Shown piece after piece: positions 40,901 to 48,728 of a DNA stretch of 64,000 nucleotides (the first letter of the stretch is position 1; each line of letters starts with the position of its first letter). The position numbers and the translations under genes were made by a program. Source of the stretch: Lysobacterales bacterium (GTDB lineage: Bacteria; Pseudomonadota; Gammaproteobacteria; Xanthomonadales; SZUA-5). The DNA lies in assembly GCA_046346965.1 (NCBI GenBank), contig JAXMHB010000012.1:62797-126796 (forward strand), written 5' to 3'. The notes below the pieces were generated by a model. The model did not search any database. It saw nothing but the letters and a program-made list of their open reading frames with translations, and had not been told where the DNA came from.

Positions 40901-41118
40901 AGCGTCCGTGCCGACACCACCGGTGGCGTACCGGTGACGGTAACCGTGAGTCGGAAGTCCGCGCCGGCGAAGGTCTGCCCGCCTCCGCTGACGGTACAGC
41001 CCGTGGTGTCACGCAGATCGGCGTCGAGGTACACGTGGTAGGTGTACGACTGCGCCTGCGCGCCAGCGGCGAACAGGAGCAATGCCAGGACGGAAAAAGC
41101 TCGGCGGAACAGGTGCAT
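31939..41118 (-). CDS. Giant (3059-aa) secreted repeat protein: N-terminal domain + internal IPTL-type anchor, Ig/cadherin-like tandem repeats, C-terminal parallel beta-helix
   Basis: ATG 41118 gives the signal peptide MHLFRRAFSVLALLLFAAGAQA. One cadherin-like module (VAVNDAYTTLEDT...) is followed by six ~110-aa repeats (VNDAPSFTAG.NQTV.EDAGAQTV.PWAT...TANGG.DTS.PQ.FTITVT) at nt 38044-40032. Eight ~105-aa two-Cys repeats, each ending D.D..DPP.N..AN, occupy nt 35035-37629. A Gly/Thr/Asn-rich beta-helix-like region spans roughly nt 31942-34700. Confidence 0.9.
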   Translation of the reverse strand: MHLFRRAFSVLALLLFAAGAQAQSYTYHVYLDADLRDTTGCTVSGGGQTFAGADFRLTVTVTGTPPVVSARTLAACSGGSFSAPATLSAGYPVGLNNGLPLGAGAFADVIEMAVGRSLLPGVQPQVRVGFAAESASGSIDILYTSNGQVGGPPMTVGTPQLIPTLGFVGALLLALVLVGVALRTLKRNRALAQMLLLGAFFSAGLAAWAANFIADGQVGDWSNSSPIGNDPTGDPVPNLAATDIVAAFGADEASTLFFRLDVVDVENRPPVAVNDAYTTLEDTALTVPAPGVLANDSDPEGNPITAQLVTGPTRGTLTLNANGGFTYTPNANANGTDTFTYNAFDGQVPSQTPATVTITITPVNDVPVFTAGPNQTVLEDAGAQTVNPWATGVSDGDPEVTQTLTFNVTGNTNPALFSAGPAISPTGALTYTPAANANGTATITLTLSDDGGTANGGVDTSAPQSFTITVTAVNDAPSFTAGANQTVNEDAGAQTVTPWATAISAGPADESGQTLSFNITGNTNPALFSAAPAVSPTGTLTYTPAANAVGSATITLTLSDNGGTANGGIDTSTPQTFTITVTGINDAPVFTAGPNQTVLEDAGAQTVNPWATGIDDGDPEVTQTLTFNVTNNTNAALFSVAPAISPTGVLTYTPAPNANGSATITLTLSDNGGTANGGVDTSAPQNFTITVTAVNDAPSFTASNPPTVNEDAAAVSIPAWATFNPGPADESGQTVLGYTVSAVSNPALFAVAPAVANNGTLSYTLAANQNGSSTFTVRVQDSGGTANGGVDLSPTQTFTVTVTGVNDAPSFTAGPNQTVLEDAGAQTVNPWATAINDGDPEVTQTLTFNVTNNTNAALFSVAPAISPTGVLTYTPAPNANGTATITLTLSDNGGTANGGVDTSAPQNFTITVTAVNDAPSFTKGADQSVNEDAGPQTVNPWATAISPGPADEAAQTVSFNVTGNTNAGLFSTAPAISPTGVLTYTPAANTSGSATITLVAVDSGSGTPPNVNTSAAQTFVITVNAVNDAPVNTVPGAQNTGDTVPLVFSTANTNAISVADVDAAAGIVQMSFGTGAPANGTLTLANPGGVLSSLTGNGTELVIATGTLTALNTALNGPSGSLTYTPVAGTTATRTITVITNDQGNTGSGGAQIDTDLISVNVDAPPVVSSTPANGATIANNAAISVNFSESVNVIAGTTLSCGGGPNLITGGSTGAGVTTLNLTYTAPLPAGSCTLTVPAASVSDVDTIDPPNNPAANYSATFTVDAAPAVTTTTPTNGSTTANNVALQINFSEPVDATNAVTLSCGGGPNLITGGASGTAVSVLNPTYAGSLPSGACVLTVLAAAINDSDLADPPQNPVANTVVNFTVDAAPSVTGGAPANGASGLGTGTTVSYTFDEAVNATANAITLNCAGSITGVVSGSGTNTLTFTPSAALPANTACTATAVATEITDVDAFDPPNNLAANVVRTFNTDAAPSVTATNPANGAVNVPLTGVVTYTFSENVNFTAASFTYSCGAAVPFNVAGSGTNTATLTPTGLLPINTLCTVTALAAGITDTDAGDPPDNMAANVAISFTSVNDNPPSVATAEVQVGGSFTALPLAGGVGANSNTQIRLTFSEAVNPTGVWAQVLCTISGSRTVGSGLGVTVLDPVFVLSPSVNYTQGDSCTLTVFAAQVVDDDAIDPPDNMTANFVATFNVDAAPSVSSVLPGNGATNLANNSTITVNFSEPVNVAAGGVTLNCGAAVSFGAGLPATNVSSLVLTPTAALPEGATCNGSVVATLVTDVDAGDPPDQMLANFNWSFTTDAAPTVTTATPAAAAVVPTTQTITVNFSENVDLTSNAFTLNCGAAVPFTSVPALPATATNTITLTPTGGLPQGSSCTLTGVAAEISDSDANDPPNNLAANFVRSFTVDAQPAITSATAEVANVPTTLPLGVGQLVDGDSNLVINFSEAIDATAAAVTLECPVGSPRAFAGLPATNATSLTIDPTANLPGGTQCTLTVVASNITDNDAIDPPNALAANQVYTFDVRPEAVDDTYPVTRQLTLTAPVAAELDANDSLGTGTITGFGETLANANANAPGSLLDDGTNGTLRLNANGTFTFYPPANPAAASTDFFYTVTGGDTAQITFTYATTPAAELELVWFVDDNAAGTVCTGDNVGTQACPATTLAAVTAADTTNDTIYLIQGAYTGTHTLENGERVVGDGSSSTLGAITGIAPVTGSSFPAFGGTAPTLSCTGNCITLGTGNTLRGFTIGDSGAAGNDIFGNAFGTLTVAELTLTGSGTAMNLTTGTLNGNLLDINVNAGAGSLTLNTVGGTWSVTNQVDLTGTTAAFSIANMPAGGGVTLTGGLNSSLGNGSISLSNNASPVNLGNILLNTTGSMTVSGSTGLTTVTGGSITTPFNSLLVSNSALAITLGTMTSTGGAGPGLSATNYTGFITIASGSITNSNAGFPGVLLSGNAGTFSFGGSVAKVTAGRLIDISGGTGNVDFSGTLSCLTSCGTGAGVEGLRVTNRTGGTVNFSNATKTFSSTGANAAISLTNNAGSTINFTGGGLAITTTSGTGFNATGGATGISVTGTGNFIDTTSGIGLNVNATTIAAAGLTFQRINSGAGANVGISLDTTGNLGGLTVTGTGAAASGGTISGKTGADGSTTSGIGIYLNSTSNVSLARLQLNTFDNSAITGRNVNNFQLTDSVINGVIGNNTGQTEGAINFGVSNPGGINGLTGTGLIRNTKVSGSIEHNLEFYNQSGTLTLNIEGVNPVSEGANPNSAGDDTADCSVDSNSTTGGSDGILFEMQGTANATLVIDRCIFRDNRSQAIQIAANDSSVINATIDESFARRLTQGNEGFVLSNGNNGRLTARVTNNRINSFGGVGIFVGQTPGNANALAGGAIGLTALIQNNVVNSPITATNHSIIAFLTSTIGQVSRANISIDGNSIDHPANGGTTRPFLVDTPDINTTPDWTTTVINNVVTGVDPTFGATADVTARRGTACFDVRNNTVNGAFGLRVRQAAPATVQLEQGISGSPTPATVLDDNHPPATLTTALGTISVVGNATCLNPPT

Positions 41119-41376
41119 GGACGACCCCGAAACAAAAAAGCGCACTTGGCCGCGGAGAATGCGCTGCAATTGGTGTCAATTCAACGAAAAGTCGGCAACC
41201 ATCGCGTCAGGGCGCGATCGGCGCGGCTCCTCTGTACGCAGAGTGCCAAATGTCTCAGCCGCTGGTCGGAAAGTTTGCGCGACGGCACGCACGCCGCGGC
41301 TTACACCGATGGTCGAGACCGGCATCGGGAGCCGGCGCGTTATAGTCGGCGTTTTCCCCGCTGCTGAGGCTGTGCC

Positions 41377-42297
41377 ATGAGTCAATCCCTGCCCGACTAC
41401 ATCTGGTTCAACGGCAAACTGGTGCCCTGGGCCGAGGCCACTGTGCACGTGATGTCGCACGCCCTGCACTATGGCTCGTCGGTATTCGAGGGCATCCGCA
41501 GCTATCAGACGCCCAAGGGTCCGGCGATCTTCCGTTACACCGATCACATGAAGCGGCTGTACGCCTCGGCCAGCATCTACGATCTGGAGATCCAGCACGA
41601 CATCGCCAGCCTGATGGAAGCGGGCCGCGAGGTGTTGCGCGCCAATCAGCTCACCAATGCGTATCTGCGCCCGCTGGCCTGGCGCGGCGCCGGCGGTTTT
41701 GGCCTGGGCGCCGACAACCCCACCGGCACCATGATTGCGGCCTGGGTGTGGGGCCCATACCTCGGTGCGCAGGCAATTCATGACGGCATCGACGCCTGCA
41801 TCTCCAGCTGGCGCCGGGTCGCGCCGGCGACGCTGCCGGCGACCGCCAAGGCCGGCGGCAATTATCTGTCCAGCATTCTGGTGTCGCGCGAGGCCAAGCG
41901 CCTCGGCTTCCACGAAGGCATCGCGCTGACCGTCGACGGCTATCTGGCCGAAGGCGCCGGCGAGAATCTGTTCCTGGTGTTCGGCAAAACCATCTACACG
42001 CCGCCGATCGCCGCCTCGATCCTGCACGGCATCACCCGCGATACCGCGATCACGCTGGCGCAGGAACTGGGCTACGAGATCAAGGAACAGAATCTGCCGC
42101 GCGAGATGATCTATCTGGCGGACGAGGTGTTCATGACCGGCACCGCAGCGGAGATCACGCCGATCCGCAGCGTAGACGGCAAGAAGATCGGCGCCGGCCA
42201 GCCGGGTCCCACCACCCGTGCCATCCAGCAGCGCTTCTTCGGTCTGTTCGACGGCAGCGTCGAGGATCAGCACGGCTGGCTGGAATACGTGGGCTAA
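41377..42297 (+). CDS. ilvE: Branched-chain-amino-acid aminotransferase
   Basis: IWFNGKLVPWAEATVHVMSHALHYGSSVFEGIRSY...; the GGNYL and TGTAAEITPI motifs. Confidence 0.95.
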   Translation: MSQSLPDYIWFNGKLVPWAEATVHVMSHALHYGSSVFEGIRSYQTPKGPAIFRYTDHMKRLYASASIYDLEIQHDIASLMEAGREVLRANQLTNAYLRPLAWRGAGGFGLGADNPTGTMIAAWVWGPYLGAQAIHDGIDACISSWRRVAPATLPATAKAGGNYLSSILVSREAKRLGFHEGIALTVDGYLAEGAGENLFLVFGKTIYTPPIAASILHGITRDTAITLAQELGYEIKEQNLPREMIYLADEVFMTGTAAEITPIRSVDGKKIGAGQPGPTTRAIQQRFFGLFDGSVEDQHGWLEYVG

Positions 42298-42311
42298 GCA
42301 GCATCGCCGAT

Positions 42312-42336
42312 CCGCGGGCCGGCGCACGGCCCGCGG
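42312..42336. terminator. Bidirectional GC hairpin between convergent ilvE and sensor kinase
   Basis: CCGCGGGCCG-gcgca-CGGCCCGCGG: a perfect 10-bp stem. Confidence 0.4.
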
Positions 42337-42350
42337 TGCGCGCTGACCGC

Positions 42351-45300
42351 TCAGCCGAGCAAACGCGAGAGCAGTGAGCGCAGCGCCAGCGGCTTGACCG
42401 GTTTGTGCAGCAATTGCACCTCGCGCGCGCCGGCCTCGGCGCGCAGGCCAGGGCCGTGGTCGGCGCTGATCAGCACGCTCGGCCGCTCGCCGTAGCGCAC
42501 GATCAGGCGCTCGCGCAGATCGAGGCCGGTGTCGCCGGCATCGAGGTGGTAGTCGAAAATCCACGCATGCACCGCATGGGCGTCGAGGATGGCCTCGGCC
42601 TCGGCGCCATTGCGCGCTTCGTGGACGGTCAAACCCCAGCCGCGCAACAGCGTGCTGAGCGCGCGCAGGCCGTCGGCGTCGTTGTCGACCAGCAGCACGG
42701 CGCGATCGGCGGCCATCGCACTTGGGGCGGTGGCGGCCACGGGCGCCCGGGTCGTCACCGGCTGCGCCAGCGGCACGCTGACGCCGATCAGCGTGCCGCG
42801 TCCCGGCTCGCTGCGCAGCGTGATCGGCAGCCCCAGCAGGCGCGTGATCCGGGTGACGATCGCCAGCCCCAGTCCTAAACCTTCGGGGACGGCCGCGCGC
42901 GCCGCCGGCAGGCGCTGGAACTCCTCGAAGATGCGTTCGCGGTCGGCCGCCTCGATGCCGCTGCCGGTATCGCCGACCTGCAGCTCGGCCAGGCCGGCGC
43001 GGCGACGAACGCCGATCAGCACGCGTCCGCTGCGGGTGTAACGCAGCGCATTGGCGACAAAATTCTGCAGCACCCGACGCAGCAGCTGCGGGTCGCTGTG
43101 CAGCCACAGCCGCGAGGGCACGGTCACCAGCGTCAGGCCGCGCTCGCGCGCCATCACGCCGAACTCGGTGGTCAGGGTATCGAGCAGCTCGCGTGCCGGG
43201 AAGGCGCGCGGCCGCGGCGTCAGGCCACCGGCGTCCAGCCGTGACAGATCCAGCAGCCCGGACAGCAGCGCCTCGGTCGATCCGAGGGCGCTGGCGATGT
43301 TCTGCACCGAGGGCCGGTACTCCGGATGCTTGAGCTGCTGCGCCAGCGCGTGGGTGAACAGATGCGCGGCGTTCAAGGGTTGCAGCAGATCGTGGCTGAT
43401 CGCCGCCAGAAAGCGCGTCTTCGCCTGATTGGCGCGCTCGGCTTCCTCGGTGGCGGCGAGCAACTCCTGCGTGCGCGAGGCAACCCGCGCCTCCAGCGTT
43501 TCGTTGGCTTCCTTGAGCTCGCTCTCGGCGCGCCGGAAGGCGGTGATGTCGGTGTAGGTGGTGACGAAGCCGCCGCCGGCGATCGGATTGCCGCGGATTT
43601 CGATCACCGTCCCGTCCGGCCAGCTGCGCTCAAACACATAGGCCGAGCCCTGGCGCAGATAGGCGAGGCGCCGGCGCACCAGCTCTTCCACCGCACCGGC
43701 GCCGAGCAGACCGCGTTCGGCGTTGTAGCGGAACAGATCGGACACCGGCCGGCCGACGCGCAGATAGCCGGGCGGATAGCCGATCAGCTGCTCGTAGCGC
43801 TGATTCCAGGCGACCAGACGCAATTCGCCGTCGCAGACGCTGATGCCCTGGCTCAGATTGGCGAAAGCGGTGTCGAGGATGGCATGGCTGAAGGACACCG
43901 CCTCGCGCGCCTCGCCGACCACCTGGGTCATCGCCTGCAGCTCGCCGCGCGCGCCGCGGCGGGCGGCGTCGAGCAACAGCCGTGCGCTGGCGGCTCCCAC
44001 CAGCGCCGAGAGTTCGTGCTCGACGCGATTCAGACTGGCGTCGTCGGCGCCGAGCGCAGGATCGGCGCTCTCGGCCCGGCCGAGCAGCGCGTCGACGCGC
44101 TCACGGTCGAGCAAGCGGCTGGCGACCTCGCGCAGCTCGGCGCGCGTCAGCGGGCGGCTGGGATCGGCCGCCGGCACGCGCAGACTCTCGTGCCGCGACA
44201 CCCAGACGATCACCAGCGTATTGACCGCCAGACTCCACAGCACGCCGTGGGTGAGCGCGTCCAGCCCGGTGGTGCCGAACAAGCCGTGCGGCGACAGGAA
44301 GCCGATGCCCCAGGGGCCCTGGTCGATCCAGTCGGCGCCGCCCAGGCCCGCCGCCAGCACCGGCAGCAGCAGCGTGTAGGCCCACAGCAGCAGGCCGGCC
44401 GCCATGCCGGCCAACACGCCACGGCGGCGCGCGCGTGGCCAGTACAGCGCAACCAGCACAGCCGGGGCGAGTTGCGCCAGCGCCGCAAAGGCGATCGCAC
44501 CGACGTCGGCGAGCGATTCGCTGGCGCCGATGAAGCGGCTGTAGGCGTAGGCCGCGGCCATCACCACGACGATCACGCTGCGGCGCTGCCACAGCACCCG
44601 CGCGCGCAGATCACCACCGCTGCCGGGCAGCAGCAGCGGCGTCAGCCAGTGATTGCCGACCATGATGCCGAGCGTCAGCGTCGCCACCACGACCATGCTG
44701 GTGGCAGCACTGATTCCGCCCAGAAACACCAGCACCGCCAGCGGCCCGGCGCCCGTGCTCAGCGGCAGGCCGAGCACATACAGATCGCTGGGCACGGCGC
44801 TGCCGCCCAGCAACAGCTGACCGGCGCGCGCCAGCGGCAGCACGAACAGGCTGACCGCCAGCAGGTACAGCGGGAACAGCCAGCGCGCGGTGCGCACATG
44901 ACTGACGTCGCGGCACTCGACCACGCCCAGATGGAACTGATGCGGGAGCGAGAACATCGCCAGTGCGCCGAGCAGCACCAGGGTCAGGAAATTGGTGCCG
45001 GGCGGCGTCGGTGCCGGCAGCGCGCGACTCGCCTCCGCCAGCGCCAGCGGGCCGTCGAACAAGCCATACAGCACATACAGGCCGACGGCGCACAGCGCGA
45101 CCAGCTTGATCAGCGACTCGAAAGCCATCGCCAGCACCACGCCATGCGCGGACACACCGGCACGCCGGGTGCCGAACAGCATCGCGAAACACGCCATCAG
45201 CAGCGCCGCCGGCGCCGCGCTGTCGCGCCAGCCGTTGCCGGCGGCGCCGCCCAACCACTGGGTGGCGAGCAGATCGAAGCTCTGCGCCACCGCCTTCAGC

Positions 45301-45698
45301 TGCAGCGCGATATAGGGCACCAGGCCGATCAGCGCGATCGCGGTGGCCAGCGCGGCAATTCCGGCGCTTTTGTCGAAGCGCGAGGCCAGCAGATCGGCAA
45401 TCGAGGTGCTGTTGCGCGCGCGCGCCTCCGCCACCAGCCGTGCCATCAGCGGCCAGGCCAGCGCAAACAGCAGAATGGTGCCGACGAAAGTGGGCGTCAC
45501 CCACCAGCCATGGCGCAGCGCCTGGGTGACGGTGCCGTAGAAGGTCCAGGAGGTGCAGTAGACCGCCAGCGACAGCGCGTACACCCAGTGCCAGTGCGCC
45601 GCCAGCGCGCGCGGTCGGCGCTCGCCATAGAGCGCGGCCGCGAACAGCAGGCCGATCCAGATCAGCGCACCCAGCGTCAGCAGCGTGGCGGCGTTCAT
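42351..45698 (-). CDS. Hybrid sensor histidine kinase with N-terminal sodium:solute-symporter-like domain (CbrA/CrbS-like), PAS, HisKA, HATPase, receiver
   Basis: About 13 TM segments of SSF type (YCTSWTFYGT, IADLLASRF). The H-box is RFLAAISHDLLQPLNAA, and G-boxes are present. The C-terminal REC is VLLVDNDADGLRAL...DYHLD. Confidence 0.85.
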   Translation of the reverse strand: MNAATLLTLGALIWIGLLFAAALYGERRPRALAAHWHWVYALSLAVYCTSWTFYGTVTQALRHGWWVTPTFVGTILLFALAWPLMARLVAEARARNSTSIADLLASRFDKSAGIAALATAIALIGLVPYIALQLKAVAQSFDLLATQWLGGAAGNGWRDSAAPAALLMACFAMLFGTRRAGVSAHGVVLAMAFESLIKLVALCAVGLYVLYGLFDGPLALAEASRALPAPTPPGTNFLTLVLLGALAMFSLPHQFHLGVVECRDVSHVRTARWLFPLYLLAVSLFVLPLARAGQLLLGGSAVPSDLYVLGLPLSTGAGPLAVLVFLGGISAATSMVVVATLTLGIMVGNHWLTPLLLPGSGGDLRARVLWQRRSVIVVVMAAAYAYSRFIGASESLADVGAIAFAALAQLAPAVLVALYWPRARRRGVLAGMAAGLLLWAYTLLLPVLAAGLGGADWIDQGPWGIGFLSPHGLFGTTGLDALTHGVLWSLAVNTLVIVWVSRHESLRVPAADPSRPLTRAELREVASRLLDRERVDALLGRAESADPALGADDASLNRVEHELSALVGAASARLLLDAARRGARGELQAMTQVVGEAREAVSFSHAILDTAFANLSQGISVCDGELRLVAWNQRYEQLIGYPPGYLRVGRPVSDLFRYNAERGLLGAGAVEELVRRRLAYLRQGSAYVFERSWPDGTVIEIRGNPIAGGGFVTTYTDITAFRRAESELKEANETLEARVASRTQELLAATEEAERANQAKTRFLAAISHDLLQPLNAAHLFTHALAQQLKHPEYRPSVQNIASALGSTEALLSGLLDLSRLDAGGLTPRPRAFPARELLDTLTTEFGVMARERGLTLVTVPSRLWLHSDPQLLRRVLQNFVANALRYTRSGRVLIGVRRRAGLAELQVGDTGSGIEAADRERIFEEFQRLPAARAAVPEGLGLGLAIVTRITRLLGLPITLRSEPGRGTLIGVSVPLAQPVTTRAPVAATAPSAMAADRAVLLVDNDADGLRALSTLLRGWGLTVHEARNGAEAEAILDAHAVHAWIFDYHLDAGDTGLDLRERLIVRYGERPSVLISADHGPGLRAEAGAREVQLLHKPVKPLALRSLLSRLLG

Positions 45699-45741
45699 GG
45701 CTCGCGCGACTCGGCAGCGCCCGCGCAGCTAGGGCGCCAGC

Positions 45742-46416
45742 TCACACCGCCTCGACCTGACGCGCCGGATCGCTGAGTTCCAGTTGCCGCAGGAACACGC
45801 CGGCCTGGGTGCGATTGCGCGCGCCGAGCTTCTCGAAGATCGCCTGCAGATGCGCCTTGACCGTGCGCTCCTGGATGCCGAGCACATCGGCGATCTGTTT
45901 GTTGAGTTTGCCCTGGGCGACGAGTTCCAGCACGCGAAACTGCTGCGGCGTCAGCGTGCCGAGGCGACGCGCGAGATCGCGGTCCTGCACCGAGGGCGGC
46001 GGCGCGCGCTCGCGGGCCGGCGCCGGCAGCCAGGTCTGACAGGCAAACACCGCGTTCAAGGCGGCGCGGATGTCCTCGGGCGCGGCGCTCTTGGGGATGA
46101 AGGCCTGGGCGCCAAACTCGATCGCACGCGCCATCACCTCGGGATCATCGTTGGCCGACACCATCGCCACCGCCACCGCCGGGTGGCGACAGCGCACCGC
46201 GGTCAGCCCGGCCAGCCCGTGACTGCCGGGCATGTGCAGATCGAGCAGACAGAGATCGGTATCGGGATTGGCTTCCAGCCAGGCATGCACCGCGTCCAGC
46301 GAGCCCGCCTCCACCAGACTGGCGCCGGGCACCAGCTCACGCAGCGCCTGCGTCAGCGCTGCCCGGAACAGCGGGTGATCGTCGGCGATCAAAATGCGGG
46401 TCATCGCAGTTTCCAT
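45742..46416 (-). CDS. Two-component response regulator, NarL/FixJ (LuxR HTH) family
   Basis: RILIADDHPLFR...LLDLHMPG, with the C-terminal LTPQQFRVLELVAQGKLNKQIADVLGIQERTVKAHL. The start is either ATG 46416 or ATG 46404. Confidence 0.9.
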   Translation of the reverse strand: METAMTRILIADDHPLFRAALTQALRELVPGASLVEAGSLDAVHAWLEANPDTDLCLLDLHMPGSHGLAGLTAVRCRHPAVAVAMVSANDDPEVMARAIEFGAQAFIPKSAAPEDIRAALNAVFACQTWLPAPARERAPPPSVQDRDLARRLGTLTPQQFRVLELVAQGKLNKQIADVLGIQERTVKAHLQAIFEKLGARNRTQAGVFLRQLELSDPARQVEAV

Positions 46417-46535
46417 GGCGCGGAGCTTACACCGGGCGCCACGCCGGCTGGGATCGCCAGCGCCGCGTCAGTCGCCCGCGTGATGGCCCCGAAAAGCACC
46501 AGCCCCGCACTGGGCGGGGCTGGTTGGAGCACAGC

Positions 46536-48728
46536 TTAGAACTCGTAGGATGCCGTCAGCGACACCGTGCGCGGAGCGCCGTAGAAGCCGGTGAGAATGC
46601 CGAGCGCGGCGATGTTGTAGCCGGTCGTGCGGTATTCCTCGTCGGCGAGGTTGTTGCCTTCCAGCGCCACCTTCCAGGCATCGTTGACCTGCCAGATCAC
46701 GCTGGCATTCCACAGACCGTAGTCGTCCTGGGCGATCGCCTCGGACAGATCCGTGGTCGGGTAGACCTTGGTCTGATAGGTGTAGCCCACGCGGGTGCGG
46801 ATCTCGCCGCCCGAGGCCATCGGGTGGATGTACTGCAGCGACAGCGCGCCCGAGAAGTTCGGCGCATTGGTGAACTTCTGCGCGCCGGCGACGTTGACAC
46901 CCGCCGAGATGTACTCGTCGTACTCGGCATCCAGATAACCCAGGTTGCCCTGCAGCACCCAGTTCTCGTTGAACTGGCCGAAGACTTCCAGTTCCACGCC
47001 CTGCACCGTCGCCGCGCCGGCGTTGGTGAAGTCGCCGAAGAAGGCCGGCGGGTTGCTGTTCGGAATCGTCGTGAAGATCGACAGCTGGATGTCTTTGTAA
47101 TCGCTGTAGAAGTAGGCGGCGTTGACGAACCAGGTCTGGTCGGCGAAGGAGGCCTTGGCGCCGAACTCGTAGGTGGTGACCTGCTCATCGTCGAAGGGAC
47201 GGCCGGAGGCCGGCACCGCCGAGATGTTGGCGCGGATGTTGAAGCCACCGCTCTTGAAGCCGCGCGAGGCCAGGCCGTAGAGCAGGAGGTCGTCGGTGAA
47301 CTGGTAATCGACCGAGAGCTTGGGCGAGAAGTTGTTGAACTTCACCGAGTCATTGAGATCGGACACCGTGGCCAGCGGGATCGAGAAGTTCGGATCGCGG
47401 AAGGTCTGGTTGAAGATGTCGACCGTCTTCTCCTCGCTGGTCCAGCGACCGCCGAGGGTCATCGACCACTGGTCGTCGAAGCGGTAGGTGCCCTCGCCGT
47501 AGACCGCGATCGAGTCGGTGTCGACCTGGCCGTTGGTGTTGCCGAAGGACAGGTTGAAGAAGTTGTTCAGCACGGTGCCACCGGCCTCGCCCTGGAACCA
47601 GTAGACGCCGCCCACCGCGGTGAAGGCGCCGCCAGCGTCGTAGTTGAGCTGGAATTCCTGGCTTAGCTGGTTGTCGCTGTACAGGGCTTTGACGTCGGCG
47701 ATGATGTTCGGCAGCGTGTCGAAGTCGATGTTGGTCTCGGTGTCCGACTCGCGATAGGCGCTGACCGACTTCAGCGACCAGTCCTCGCTCAGCTTGAAGT
47801 CGAAGGTCAGGCCGTAGCCGTTCATCGTGGTGTCGTTAACGTTCGGCATGCCGTTGCGCACGTCGTAGCGATCATCGAGCGGCGGCACCGTCGGCGCGAA
47901 GCGATTGACCGCCAGCATCTGCGCGCCACGCACGGCCGAGGCGTCGTCGATGCGATCGGCGGTGAAGCGCATCGACCAGCTGTCGCTGCCGATGTAGCCC
48001 AGCGTGAAGCGGCCGGCGACGATTTCCTTGTCGCTGACGTCCTGGCCGGTGCGGATGTTCTCGCCGTAGCCATCACGCGTCAGATTGGCGGCGGCGAAGC
48101 GCGCCACCCAGCCCGACTCGCTGATCGGCACATTGACGCTGGCTTTGACGTCCTGCTGGTTGTAGGTGCCGAGCGTCACGCTGGCCTTGCCGCCAAAATC
48201 CGGATCGAGCGCGCGCGAGACGTACTTGATGGCGCCGCCGATGGTGTTCTTGCCGTACAGCGTGCCCTGCGGGCCGCGCAGCACTTCGATGCGCTCGACG
48301 TCGAACACGTCCAGCAGAGCGCCCTGCGGGCGCGCGACATAGACATCGTCGAGATAAATGCCGACACCGGGATCGACGCCCCACAGCGGATCGGACTGAC
48401 CGACGCCGCGGATGTAGGCGGTGATCGTGCTGGAGGAGCCGCGCGCCGAATACACGGTCAGATTGGGCACCTGCGCATCCAGATCCGACAGATCCTCGAC
48501 ATTGAAGTCCTCCAGCTTCTGCTCGCTGAAGGCGGTCACGGCAATCGGCACTTCCTGCAGCGTTTCCTCGCGCTTGCGGGCGGTGACGGTGATGGTGCCG
48601 AGTTCGGCCGCCTCGGTCTTCGCCTCGTCTTCGGTCTTGTCCGCATCCTGCGCATAGATCGCTCCCGCCGGCAGGGCCGACAGAGCCAGAGTCAGCGCAA
48701 GCGCAAGGCGATTCGGTTTGAGCAGCAT
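46536..48728 (-). CDS. TonB-dependent outer-membrane receptor
   Basis: ATG 48728 with a GGGGAGA SD. Signal peptide MLLKPNRLALALTLALSALPAGAIYA. The plug region carries ITVTARKREETLQEVPIAVT, and the protein ends in an aromatic residue (...ASYEF). Confidence 0.9.
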   Translation of the reverse strand: MLLKPNRLALALTLALSALPAGAIYAQDADKTEDEAKTEAAELGTITVTARKREETLQEVPIAVTAFSEQKLEDFNVEDLSDLDAQVPNLTVYSARGSSSTITAYIRGVGQSDPLWGVDPGVGIYLDDVYVARPQGALLDVFDVERIEVLRGPQGTLYGKNTIGGAIKYVSRALDPDFGGKASVTLGTYNQQDVKASVNVPISESGWVARFAAANLTRDGYGENIRTGQDVSDKEIVAGRFTLGYIGSDSWSMRFTADRIDDASAVRGAQMLAVNRFAPTVPPLDDRYDVRNGMPNVNDTTMNGYGLTFDFKLSEDWSLKSVSAYRESDTETNIDFDTLPNIIADVKALYSDNQLSQEFQLNYDAGGAFTAVGGVYWFQGEAGGTVLNNFFNLSFGNTNGQVDTDSIAVYGEGTYRFDDQWSMTLGGRWTSEEKTVDIFNQTFRDPNFSIPLATVSDLNDSVKFNNFSPKLSVDYQFTDDLLLYGLASRGFKSGGFNIRANISAVPASGRPFDDEQVTTYEFGAKASFADQTWFVNAAYFYSDYKDIQLSIFTTIPNSNPPAFFGDFTNAGAATVQGVELEVFGQFNENWVLQGNLGYLDAEYDEYISAGVNVAGAQKFTNAPNFSGALSLQYIHPMASGGEIRTRVGYTYQTKVYPTTDLSEAIAQDDYGLWNASVIWQVNDAWKVALEGNNLADEEYRTTGYNIAALGILTGFYGAPRTVSLTASYEF

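Noticed and set aside
41176-45776. Minus ORF 41176..43107 (643 aa) and plus ORF 43326..45776 (816 aa)
   Set aside because: They overlap or lie antisense to ilvE and the SSF-domain kinase, both of which have unambiguous motifs. The composition is Arg/Ala/Gly-biased.
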